Assembly: GCA_030017715.1 (NCBI GenBank) | Contig: JASEIU010000001.1 | Location: 1,079,845 to 1,143,844 of the forward strand | Length of the DNA stretch: 64,000 bases | DNA from: Candidatus Saccharicenans sp. | GTDB lineage: Bacteria; Acidobacteriota; Aminicenantia; Aminicenantales; Saccharicenantaceae | Direction: 5' to 3' | Shown: in pieces, positions 47,255 to 56,373 of the stretch | Numbering within the stretch: position 1 is the first letter of the stretch | How the letters are laid out: every line of letters begins with the position of its first letter | Notes under the pieces: model-generated | The model's database searches: none | Told to the model about the DNA's origin: nothing | Seen by the model: only the letters and a program-made list of their open reading frames with translations | Made by a program: the position numbers and the translations under genes

Positions 47255-49369
47255 TCAGTTCGGCTTATCTTCCAGAGCGGCCAGCAATTTTTCCACCGCC
47301 GGAATTACGGCCAGCTGGCATTCGGCCCGGGGTTTTTTAATCTCCTCCAGCCGATTTTTCTGGTTCTTCAGCCATCCCGGACCGGGTTTTGTTTTCGAGG
47401 CCAGGTGGGAAAGAGACCTGGAGCCTATGGAAACCAGCTCCTTCAGGTTATCAGCCAGAGGCCCGACTTCTCTTAAAACCGGAATTCTGCCGCTCAAAGA
47501 CGAAACCAGAAGGGAGGCCGCCGCCAGCTCATCAAAGGTAGCCTTCAGTTTTTTCCAGTCCTGGTGTGTCCGGCCGGAAACATAAGCCTCGGCCAGTCTG
47601 TTTATCTCTCTGGCCTCAAGCGATTCCGGGAAGCAGCTGTCCACAAATCTGGTCAGGGGAGCAAGAGAAGTATATTTTCGTCCCTGGCTATGGCGAGCAT
47701 ATCCCTTGACTGGCTCGGATATTCTGACCAGAGTCTTGAGAGCGGCCATTTCGGCCGGATTGACCGGACTGTTCCCCGCCAGCCGCCTTAACATCAGGTC
47801 CTGATTCCTCAGGTGCTGAACTCCGTTTTCTTCCAGCTGAACGCTGATAACGGACAGTCGGCGATACATATCATTCACCTCTCTGACCTCCTGAGGAGAC
47901 CAGAGTCTTTCGGCAATGGCTGCGGTCCGCGGCCAGATTCTGGAATCGACGGTTTCCGGCGAAACCAGCTCGGCCCACATGGTGGCTTCTCCGCCCAGAA
48001 TAAGTTTCTTCTCTTCCTCGGTCAGCTGAGAATCGGGCGGGATGGGGTCGTTGAGATAGTGTCTCTCAGCGGTTTCGCAGAGGTCTATATAATACCCGTT
48101 GGACAGAAGGCCCTGATACCCCCTTCTGGCTCCGTCAATCAGGGCCTGGGTGCCGCGCCAGGATTGAATGACGATGTCCTTCGGAAGTCCGGGCTGATAA
48201 ATCTCGTCCCAGCCTACCATTTTCTTTTTATATTTAGTCAGGATTCTGAGGATTTCCTTATTAAAATAGGCTTGAAGGGCATGATTATCGGCCAGGTTGT
48301 GTTTTTTCATAAAGGCCTGAATCCGGGGGTTTTCCTTCCAGTGAACGGCCTCGACTTCATCTCCTCCTATGTGCAGGTACGGGTCTGGAAAGAGAGAGGA
48401 CATCTCTCTGAAGAACCTGTCAAAAAATTTGTAGGTCCCGGGATGGGCAGGGTTGAATACCGGGTGAAATACTCCGAAACCGCGCTCGAGGCGATAAGGT
48501 CCGGGCGCGCTGGCATATTCCGGATAGCCGACAAACCAGCTGGTTGAATGACCCGGAATATCGAATTCAGGCATCACCCGAATACCGAGGTCGGAAGCAA
48601 ACTGAATGATTTCGCGGATCTGGTCCTGAGTATAGTACAGGCCGTCCGAGCCCAGGCGATGAAGTTCGGGGAAAGTCCGGCTTTCAACCCGAAAGCCCTG
48701 GTCTTCGCTTAGATGCCAGTGGAGGACATTGAGCTTGACTGCGGCCATGGCCAGCAGGTTTCTTTTTATTACTTCCAGGGGCATAAAATGCCGGCAGGAA
48801 TCTATGAGCAGGCCTCGCCAGGTAAACCGCGGACGGTCTTCAATCCGGCCGCAGGGAAAATAATATCCCCGGTCATCGGCCGACAGCAGCTGCAGGAGCG
48901 TTTCCAGGCCCCTCAGAATTCCCAGGTCGGTTGGAGCCCGCAGCTCGATTCTGTTGTCGCTGATTTCAAGAATATATGATTCGTCCTCGTTGGGAATCAG
49001 GCGGCCGGTTTTTTCATATTGATAGGATAGACTTCTCTTCGGCCCGGGAGCCTGGTCGGCCAGAAAGTCCTGTTCCAGAAATAAGCCTGTCCTGCCGCTC
49101 AGTCTGAACATGAACCTGGCCACCGCCTTAAAAACCCGGCCTCCGGGTTGCTCCTGCCCGCCGGCGGAAAATTTTTCATCGATTCTAAATTTGTCCTGAG
49201 TTAGCTCGATGCTGGCCGGGAAAGGCATCAAAGCCGGAACCTGGGAGTCAGCCCCGGAGGGGCTGTTAATCATCGCTCCTCCAACCAGAGGCAGCAACAT
49301 AACCTGGGCCAGAATGACCACCAGTAACCAGGCCGGGTTTAAGAATTTTGTCTTGAAACAGGCCAACAT
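47255..49369 (-). CDS. GH20 beta-N-acetylhexosaminidase, secreted
   Basis: RGLLIDSCRHF, HWHLSEDQGFR, PEFDIPGH, HIGGDE, GGEATMWAE. Confidence 0.93.
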   Translation of the reverse strand: MLACFKTKFLNPAWLLVVILAQVMLLPLVGGAMINSPSGADSQVPALMPFPASIELTQDKFRIDEKFSAGGQEQPGGRVFKAVARFMFRLSGRTGLFLEQDFLADQAPGPKRSLSYQYEKTGRLIPNEDESYILEISDNRIELRAPTDLGILRGLETLLQLLSADDRGYYFPCGRIEDRPRFTWRGLLIDSCRHFMPLEVIKRNLLAMAAVKLNVLHWHLSEDQGFRVESRTFPELHRLGSDGLYYTQDQIREIIQFASDLGIRVMPEFDIPGHSTSWFVGYPEYASAPGPYRLERGFGVFHPVFNPAHPGTYKFFDRFFREMSSLFPDPYLHIGGDEVEAVHWKENPRIQAFMKKHNLADNHALQAYFNKEILRILTKYKKKMVGWDEIYQPGLPKDIVIQSWRGTQALIDGARRGYQGLLSNGYYIDLCETAERHYLNDPIPPDSQLTEEEKKLILGGEATMWAELVSPETVDSRIWPRTAAIAERLWSPQEVREVNDMYRRLSVISVQLEENGVQHLRNQDLMLRRLAGNSPVNPAEMAALKTLVRISEPVKGYARHSQGRKYTSLAPLTRFVDSCFPESLEAREINRLAEAYVSGRTHQDWKKLKATFDELAAASLLVSSLSGRIPVLREVGPLADNLKELVSIGSRSLSHLASKTKPGPGWLKNQKNRLEEIKKPRAECQLAVIPAVEKLLAALEDKPN

Positions 49370-49417
49370 GTTTTCTTCTCCTGAAATATCTAATTTTCCC
49401 TGGCTGCGAATAAGCCC

Positions 49418-49454
49418 TCCGGCGGCGGGAGCTTAACCAACCCCCGCCGCCGGA
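49418..49454. other. Strong GC-rich intergenic hairpin
   Basis: 12-bp inverted repeat TCCGGCGGCGGG / CCCGCCGCCGGA. Confidence 0.7.
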
Positions 49455-49481
49455 TTTTGGACCGGCACGGTTATAGATTTA

Positions 49482-52400
49482 TTATTTATAAAGCGGGTCC
49501 GGATCGACTTTGACCGTCCGGCTCATAACCTCCTGGCCGTCAACCTCCAGGCTGACTTTATAAAGACCGGGCTCAACCAGCCTGGCCCCCATGCGGCCGA
49601 AACCGAACTGACCCTGGGTCTGGGTGCTTCTGCGGTTCAAGCCCCAGAAGACTCTTTGCAAACCCGGAGAGACAGAGCCGTTAATCTCCTGCACCACCTC
49701 ACCCTCAAAATCCTTTATAACCAGAGTCAACCTGGATGCTTTATTTTTGAGGTAATAATAAATGTTGACCCCGACCGGGGGGTTGGGTGAACTGGCAAAT
49801 TCTCCGTACGACTGACCGCGGCGGTCGAGCATCTGCCACAGAATGCCCTTCTGAATTTCAAATAGGTAGGCATTCTTACTCAGATTTTCTTCCTTAAATT
49901 CCTTGAAAGGATAAATATCGGTCACATAAATCCCCCGGCCGTAGGTAGCAATTACCATTTCCCGGTCCCGCTTCTGAATGGCCAGGTCATTGATGACCAC
50001 GTCCGGCACCTGCGGTCCGGTCATTCTCATCCAGTTTTTACCCCGGTTGAAAGTGACATAGAGTCCATAATCGGTAGCCAGGTATAGAACCTCGGGATTA
50101 TTCGGGTCCTCTTCAATATCGTTAGCCGGGCAGTTCATTCCGCCCGATATATCTTCCCAGGTCTGCCCGAGGTCTCTGGTCATATAGACATATGTCCTGT
50201 CCTCGTTATGGGTGCGGTAGCCGGAATAGACTACATAACAGGTCTCGGCCTCATGCTGGCTGGGCTGAACTCGCATCACCCAGCGGTCATAAGGAATAAG
50301 AGCGCCTTTCTGACCCGGTTTTGTTTTCCCCCTGGAATCGTAAAAATTGGCTGTAATGTTAGTCCAGGTCTGGCCGTAATTGGTGCTTAATTGTAGATTG
50401 CCGTCGTCGGTTCCGGCCCAGTACAGACCCGGCTTCTTGGGCGACTCGGCAAAGGTGTAGATGGTGGCATACTGCAGGTTGGTCTTTTTGGAAAGGTCGA
50501 TCCGGGCCTTGTCCTGCTTGCTCAGGTCAGGAGAAATAGTCTCCCAGGATTCCGGGTCCCCGTGTCGGAGCGACCGGTGGACAAACTGAGAGCAGACAAA
50601 GACAATTCCAGGGTTGTGTGGCGACAGGTAAATGGGAGCATCCCACTGGTAGCGCTGGGCCGGGGCCCCGGCTGCCTCTTCCTCGGGAGTGTTGCGTCGG
50701 GCCAGCGAGATACTTTCTCCGGTTTTGAAATTCATCCGCCGGGAAGCTCCGAACTGGCTTTCCCAGTAAATATATTCGGGGTTCCACCAGTCGCGCACCA
50801 CATAAAAACCGTCGCCCGAAGGCAGGTATAACCAGTCTGAGGGATAGACGCCGTTGGGGTTGCGGTTGCGGGATGGCCCGAACCAGCAGCCGTTATCCTG
50901 AGTCCCGCCCATAACGTTATAAGGCAATTCGTTGTCAACCGAAACGTCATAAAATTGCTGGGCCGGGATGGTTTCTTTCTGGGACCAGTGCAGGCCTCCG
51001 TCCCAGGTCTCGCTGACTCCGCCGTCATTGGCGTTCAGGATATGCCGGGAATTTAGCGGGTCTATCCATACCGCCCGGGAGTCCACATGGCATTTCTTGT
51101 TGGCTTCCCAGTTGGCAAACTGGAAGGTCCGGCCGGCATCCCGGGAAATGACGGTTCTAGTTTCAGGGGCGATCAGCACCCGGTCATCGCTGGGGTCAAC
51201 GGTAAGCCGTCCGTAATAGCCGGCTTCGACCTGGTTTACGATTTCACTGCCGCCGCTCATCTTGTACTCGGTCATGCGCTTCCAGGTCTCTCCCTGATCC
51301 TCAGAACGATAGATCACGCCTGCTTTTTTAACCGGCTCCAGCGGCAGCAGGGCTTCGGCATAAATCATGTCCAGCAGACAGCGGTTAAGGGTCTGGTAGA
51401 GCCCTCTGGCCTGGTCATAGTCTCTGGACAGAGCCTCTCCGTCTTTCAACAGGTCGAGAATATCTTTTCTGTCCTTGTAAACAGTTCTGGCTTTGCCCAG
51501 AAGTCCGGAGGGATTTATCTTGAGCTTGGTCAGCAGGTTCCGGTCCGCGGCCAGGACTGACAGGTTATCCAGAAGATAGGCTTCATCCTTAATATATTTA
51601 TCATCAAAGGTCAGACTGTCCTTGAAGTCCTGTTTAATAGCCGTCCGACTGCGGTCTTTTATGGCAAAGGAGGCCGGGTCAAAGCCGGGAGCGTCTGCCA
51701 GCAGAGCCGTCAGCACCAGGCGGTTTAGCCGGAGCAAATCCTTCTCCCCGGCCTCAGCTTTTTTAAGAATTTTTTCGGTTTCCTCGACCGCCTGGAAAGC
51801 CACCTCGTCCCTGGCGTAGGCTTTCCTGGCCGCGGCCAGTAAACCCTTCCAGTCGACCCCTGTTTTCTTCAAGAAATCGGGGTCGCGGACAAGGTCATTG
51901 AGCTTATTAACCAGGTCTTCAACCTTTTCGGCTTTCAGGTGCTCGAATTTGACGTACTTCATGAACTCCGGTTTTATCTTGAATGTCTTGAATTTGTTCA
52001 AATAATAGCCGGCCCGGAACAGGGACCTCTGGTTATAGACAGCCGCCCCTTCCCTCTCGCTCAAACCCAGGTTGACTTCTTCGTCCAGGCGCAAATAGAT
52101 GATGTTGGGATTCTTAGGGTAAATGGCCAATCCATTGCGACCGGTCTTCATCAGACCCAGGTCGGGTAGTCCGGCTGTAAGCTTCTTCCAGCTCTGACCG
52201 CCGTCGGTGCTCTTCCAGAGGTAATTGCCGGCCTGCCTGTCCAGAAAAGTCCAGGTTCGGCGGTAGATCTTGTAGCCGGCGGCGATGACGACCTCCGAGT
52301 TGCCTGGGTCGATGACGAAATCGCCGACCACCCGGTCCTTGAGGTCCAGAACCCTTTTCCAGGTCTGGCCGCCGTCGGTCGATTTATAAAGTCCTCGTTC

Positions 52401-52991
52401 ACAGTCCTGGTCGGTATCGTCATAAAGCTTGCCCTCGGCCGCCACATAGACGATATCGGGATTTTTTGAATCGACTTCGATCTTGTTTATAAAATAGCTT
52501 TTTTCAAGGCCGATATGGCTCCAGGTCTTTCCGGCATCGGTTGATTTCCAGACCCCGTTGCCGTGATAGGCAGCCCGGCTGTGGATCGGCTCTCCCGTCC
52601 CCAGATAAAGAATATTCGGGTTGGAAGGGGCTATGGCCAGGTAGCCCATGCTCTGGTTGCCGTATTTTTCGAAAATCGGCTCAAAATGTATCCCGCCGTC
52701 AACAGTTTTCCAGACACCGCCCGAGGCCGTAAGCACATAATAGGTCTGACTCTGACCGGGGGGAACAGCAAAGTTGGTTATGCGGCCGGAAAACGGCCAG
52801 GGACCTATGTGACGCCAGGTGAAGAGTTCCAGGTCCCTGGCGGTCAGGGGGATTTTATCAGAAAAGACGGTCGTTTTTTGAGCCTCGTCTTTCTGACCTC
52901 CCCCGCTTAAAACCAGAGGAAACAGAAAAATGATCAAAAGCCAGAAAAACAGACTGGACCTGTTTCCAAAAAACTTAAGTTTGTTGATCAT
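49482..52991 (-). CDS. Secreted VPS10/BNR beta-propeller protein with a large helical insertion
   Basis: Signal peptide, Asp-boxes, GGTQDNG, ATYGRGI; about 250 aa longer than its paralogs at one loop. Confidence 0.85.
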   Translation of the reverse strand: MINKLKFFGNRSSLFFWLLIIFLFPLVLSGGGQKDEAQKTTVFSDKIPLTARDLELFTWRHIGPWPFSGRITNFAVPPGQSQTYYVLTASGGVWKTVDGGIHFEPIFEKYGNQSMGYLAIAPSNPNILYLGTGEPIHSRAAYHGNGVWKSTDAGKTWSHIGLEKSYFINKIEVDSKNPDIVYVAAEGKLYDDTDQDCERGLYKSTDGGQTWKRVLDLKDRVVGDFVIDPGNSEVVIAAGYKIYRRTWTFLDRQAGNYLWKSTDGGQSWKKLTAGLPDLGLMKTGRNGLAIYPKNPNIIYLRLDEEVNLGLSEREGAAVYNQRSLFRAGYYLNKFKTFKIKPEFMKYVKFEHLKAEKVEDLVNKLNDLVRDPDFLKKTGVDWKGLLAAARKAYARDEVAFQAVEETEKILKKAEAGEKDLLRLNRLVLTALLADAPGFDPASFAIKDRSRTAIKQDFKDSLTFDDKYIKDEAYLLDNLSVLAADRNLLTKLKINPSGLLGKARTVYKDRKDILDLLKDGEALSRDYDQARGLYQTLNRCLLDMIYAEALLPLEPVKKAGVIYRSEDQGETWKRMTEYKMSGGSEIVNQVEAGYYGRLTVDPSDDRVLIAPETRTVISRDAGRTFQFANWEANKKCHVDSRAVWIDPLNSRHILNANDGGVSETWDGGLHWSQKETIPAQQFYDVSVDNELPYNVMGGTQDNGCWFGPSRNRNPNGVYPSDWLYLPSGDGFYVVRDWWNPEYIYWESQFGASRRMNFKTGESISLARRNTPEEEAAGAPAQRYQWDAPIYLSPHNPGIVFVCSQFVHRSLRHGDPESWETISPDLSKQDKARIDLSKKTNLQYATIYTFAESPKKPGLYWAGTDDGNLQLSTNYGQTWTNITANFYDSRGKTKPGQKGALIPYDRWVMRVQPSQHEAETCYVVYSGYRTHNEDRTYVYMTRDLGQTWEDISGGMNCPANDIEEDPNNPEVLYLATDYGLYVTFNRGKNWMRMTGPQVPDVVINDLAIQKRDREMVIATYGRGIYVTDIYPFKEFKEENLSKNAYLFEIQKGILWQMLDRRGQSYGEFASSPNPPVGVNIYYYLKNKASRLTLVIKDFEGEVVQEINGSVSPGLQRVFWGLNRRSTQTQGQFGFGRMGARLVEPGLYKVSLEVDGQEVMSRTVKVDPDPLYK

Positions 52992-53766
52992 AATGCCTCC
53001 TGGAAAGATTTATTTTCGTTATTTTCATAAGATGTTCACGCCTCCGCCCGGAAAACTTTTCCAGGGCATACCTGACCGTAACCCGTGGTAGCTGTCTTCC
53101 ATAAGTCAATAAAAACTTTTCCAGACGCCCGGGGTCGCTTTTCCCGGCTTCCCGCAATAACCAGCCGGCGGCCTTGGCCACCAGATCCCCGGAGATATCT
53201 TTCCCGACCGCAAACCTTATCGTCCTGAATATCAAAGACAGATTCTTCTTGTCCCGAGCTAATTTGACCAATGACACCAGAGCCGTCCTTCTCAGGTAAG
53301 GGCTGTCATCAAGAGCCCAGGAACTTATGATTTTCAGTTCGCCCGGATTTCTCAGAAAATAGGGCCCGAGCACTTCCAGCGACAGCGTATCGATCAGAGC
53401 CCAGTTATCCAGATAGCCTTTCTTCAACCAGGATTTGATTTTATCAAGATGCGGCCGGCTTAAGCCTGACTGAAAAAAACCGAGTACCAGGAGACCGCAG
53501 GTCCTGGTCTCAAGCTCCTGACGGTCAAACAGGCCTTCGGCCAGCTCCAGCGCCTGCCCGGTTGACCATTCCGACTCGACCCTTCTGAAAATTTCCCGGC
53601 TTAGCGACCGAAGGTCCGCCGCCCGGACGCCAAAGCAGTCAATTTTTTTTGGGAAAAAACGCTGGGCGGTTCGGGCCGTCTCCGGGTCGGCCATTTCCTG
53701 CAGCCGACTGATAATCTGCTGCCGGATTATCGGCACATTATTCCGGTTATCTTTAACGACCAACAT
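52975..53766 (-). CDS. DNA alkylation repair protein (AlkD-like HEAT repeat)
   Basis: LDNWALIDTL, W..DDSPYLRR, VAKAAGWLLREAGK, RYALEK. Confidence 0.85.
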   Translation of the reverse strand: MLVVKDNRNNVPIIRQQIISRLQEMADPETARTAQRFFPKKIDCFGVRAADLRSLSREIFRRVESEWSTGQALELAEGLFDRQELETRTCGLLVLGFFQSGLSRPHLDKIKSWLKKGYLDNWALIDTLSLEVLGPYFLRNPGELKIISSWALDDSPYLRRTALVSLVKLARDKKNLSLIFRTIRFAVGKDISGDLVAKAAGWLLREAGKSDPGRLEKFLLTYGRQLPRVTVRYALEKFSGRRREHLMKITKINLSRRHYDQQT

Positions 53767-53880
53767 GAAAATTCAAGCTTTTCCATTTTAGAGATTTATT
53801 CTGATGCTGGCAATAAAAATTTTAGGTCGCTGCCGCCCCAACCCATCCGGCTCCATCTTTAGTTGAGTCTGTCGGCCGGC

Positions 53881-54096
53881 TTACTGCTCTGATTTTTTCC
53901 GGCCCAGGGTAGAAATTCCCAGCGGAACATAGAGCGGACAGAAACCAAAAAGACTGGTAGCCAGAAAAACAAAGGCTACAATCGCCAGAATATAGCCGAC
54001 CGTTCCTTTGACCGCGCCGGTCAGGACCAGGACAGCCATAATGACCGCCAGGATGGTTCGTATTGTCCGGTCTACAGCCCCCATGTTTTTTTTCAT
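53881..54096 (-). CDS. DUF2892 (YgaP-like) small membrane protein
   Basis: NMGAVDR..R, FCPLY..LGIST. Confidence 0.88.
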   Translation of the reverse strand: MKKNMGAVDRTIRTILAVIMAVLVLTGAVKGTVGYILAIVAFVFLATSLFGFCPLYVPLGISTLGRKKSEQ

Positions 54097-54215
54097 TCTG
54101 TCCTCCTCGTCTTATTGGATTTAATTCATATCATAATAAAAATTTAATTTTATTGCCAACGTCGTCAAAAGATGAGAAAATTAGCTTGTTCAGAACAGCC
54201 GCCGGGTGAAAAGCC

Positions 54216-54659
54216 ATGGAAAAGATAAAAGTGCTTTTGGTGTGCGATGACAACAGCCTCAGAAGCCCGATGGCTGAAGCCTGGCTTAATCATCTGGGAA
54301 AGGGAGATTTTCTGGCCAGAAGCGCTGGCTTCGAGCCGGGCCTTCTCAACCCCCTGGCCGTAGCCGTGATGCAGGAAGTCGGCCTGGATATTTCCAGACA
54401 CCCTGCCCGGAGCGTTTTCGAACTGTATACCGCCGGCGAGCTTTTTTCCTATGTCATCACGCTTTGCGACCCGGAAACCGCCGAGCGCTGCCCCATTTTT
54501 CCCGGGGTGGCACGGGTGGCCAACTGGCCTTTTTCCGACCCGACGCGAGAACAAATTTCTGAAGCAGAAAAGATTCAGAAGCTGAGAGATCTCCGCGACC
54601 GAATACGGGAGCGGATAGAAAAATTCATAGAGATGACCAGGCCCGATTCTCAGGCTTGA
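54216..54659 (+). CDS. arsC: Thioredoxin-type arsenate reductase / LMW-PTP family
   Basis: P-loop CDDNSLRS, SAG, ITLCD...ERCPIFPG (resolving Cys pair), W.FSDP. Confidence 0.8.
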   Translation: MEKIKVLLVCDDNSLRSPMAEAWLNHLGKGDFLARSAGFEPGLLNPLAVAVMQEVGLDISRHPARSVFELYTAGELFSYVITLCDPETAERCPIFPGVARVANWPFSDPTREQISEAEKIQKLRDLRDRIRERIEKFIEMTRPDSQA

Positions 54660-55726
54660 GGCCTGCCCTGGCCCAGTAGATCTCGCCGCGCGGCTTCCAT
54701 CAGCAGGAAGAAGGCCTGACCTTCTGTAGCCACTCCGGCCGACTGAAATAGCGGCGAGCCGCAGACTTCATTCACGTAGCCGAGAGAATCCACTTTTTTA
54801 TGAACTGCCTGTCTCATCTCTTCAGCCTTTTTCAGATACCCCTGGTCAAGCCAGCCCAGCTGGATGTTTCGATAGATGGTATAGGCAAGCATCTGGGCCA
54901 GATTGGTTTCGACAAAAGTTTCGGGTTTGTCCAGGACATCATGGAAAAGACCGTCTTTTCTCTGATGCTTCAAGCAACCCTCGAGAAGGTCCTTGAGATA
55001 GCCCTGTAGACTTCGTTTTTCCTTCCTGAGATTCTCGGGCAGGGCGCGCAGCACCCTGGTCAGACCGGCCGCGGCCCAGCCGTTGCCAACGCCCCAGAAA
55101 TCCTGCCTTTCAAGTTTCCGGAGACCATAATCGAAGATGTGAGAAAACAGTTTCTTTTTAGGATTCCAGAGATATTTTCTCAAGCCTTCGACTTGAAAGA
55201 TCGCTTCCTGATAGTAACCCATGACGGCCAGAAAAGGCGGGCACATATACATAGAATCGATCCAGAGCTGCGGTTTGTTATCAATATGGAAAATAACCCC
55301 ATCATCGGTTCTGGGGGCAACCTTAAGGAAGTATTCCGCCTGCTTCCGGGCGGCCTGGAGCAAACGCTCATCAGAAAGGACCTTACCGGCATAAAGAACG
55401 GCTTCTCCGTTAGCCCCGGGGTCGGTTACCCCGTGATTGTCGCAGACCTGTCCCAGGCGCCCGTCATCCCACTGTCGCAGGACGGCTTCCCTGGCCATCA
55501 TAATCACCAGCTTTTCTTCACCCAGCTCCAGCAGAGCCTGGGCCGCCACTCCCTGTTCCCAGGCCTGGCGCTGCATGGTCAGCATGGCGGTTATGACTCT
55601 GTCTATCAATTCTTTTTCGTTGCCGGCTTCCGTTGCCGCCCTGGTGTTCCAGCCCGGAGCTCCGACCAGCCTCCCCCCGAGCATCCCGACCATAGCCGCG
55701 GTCGACAGAAAGTTCCTCCGCTTCAT
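54650..55726 (-). CDS. Tat-exported GH88/GH105 unsaturated glycuronyl hydrolase family protein
   Basis: MKRRNFL signal; LWIDSMYM.PPFL, FWGVGNGW, DGLFHDVLD, ETN. Confidence 0.82.
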   Translation of the reverse strand: MKRRNFLSTAAMVGMLGGRLVGAPGWNTRAATEAGNEKELIDRVITAMLTMQRQAWEQGVAAQALLELGEEKLVIMMAREAVLRQWDDGRLGQVCDNHGVTDPGANGEAVLYAGKVLSDERLLQAARKQAEYFLKVAPRTDDGVIFHIDNKPQLWIDSMYMCPPFLAVMGYYQEAIFQVEGLRKYLWNPKKKLFSHIFDYGLRKLERQDFWGVGNGWAAAGLTRVLRALPENLRKEKRSLQGYLKDLLEGCLKHQRKDGLFHDVLDKPETFVETNLAQMLAYTIYRNIQLGWLDQGYLKKAEEMRQAVHKKVDSLGYVNEVCGSPLFQSAGVATEGQAFFLLMEAARRDLLGQGRPQA

Positions 55727-55900
55727 CGACCTCAGCCTCCTTTGTTTGAAGATTTAAGCATGTCTAATTTTAGCCTTTCAAACTTCTAAATAGAAATTTA
55801 TAAAATTCCCTGCCGGGTCTCCTCATCATAACCTGACCATAAACTATCAAATAGAATCCGCATTCTATTTATCTTTTTCGCCCGGCTGTCATTTCGTATT

Positions 55901-56314
55901 CTAAAAATACTCTTTGTGCACCTTCTGAATGCGTTCCTGAATCAGTTTCTCCAGACGTCGCTTGTTATCGGAGGTCAGGCTCCGTCGGTAGCGGTCATAA
56001 TCCTGAAAAGTGATACCGTATTTTTGATAAACCAGGTCCATCTGACGGTGGGCTTCATCCAGATCCTCTTTATATTTATCGAAGATCACGGCTGCCCTGG
56101 CGGTTATATCCACGTAAATCTCTTCGCTGATTTTAGGCACAGGCGCCGTGACCGGCCTGGTTTCCTCCTGGACTTCTGGCTGCGGCCAGGACCAGGCCTG
56201 TTCTTTGTCTTCCGGCCGGTCGCAGGAGACTGAACCCGTGACCAGAAAAATCAGCATGAGTCCGGGCAGCAGCCGGGCTCGGCGGGCGTTTTTCCGGAAG
56301 AAAGAAATGGCCAT
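55901..56314 (-). CDS. Hypothetical lipoprotein
   Basis: Basic N-region, hydrophobic core, lipobox-like SVSC; SD present. Confidence 0.65.
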   Translation of the reverse strand: MAISFFRKNARRARLLPGLMLIFLVTGSVSCDRPEDKEQAWSWPQPEVQEETRPVTAPVPKISEEIYVDITARAAVIFDKYKEDLDEAHRQMDLVYQKYGITFQDYDRYRRSLTSDNKRRLEKLIQERIQKVHKEYF

Positions 56315-56373
56315 AATTCCTTACCCTCACCAGTTTAAATAGCCAGGCAACTTTATCGGAAATCTTTCAGGGG

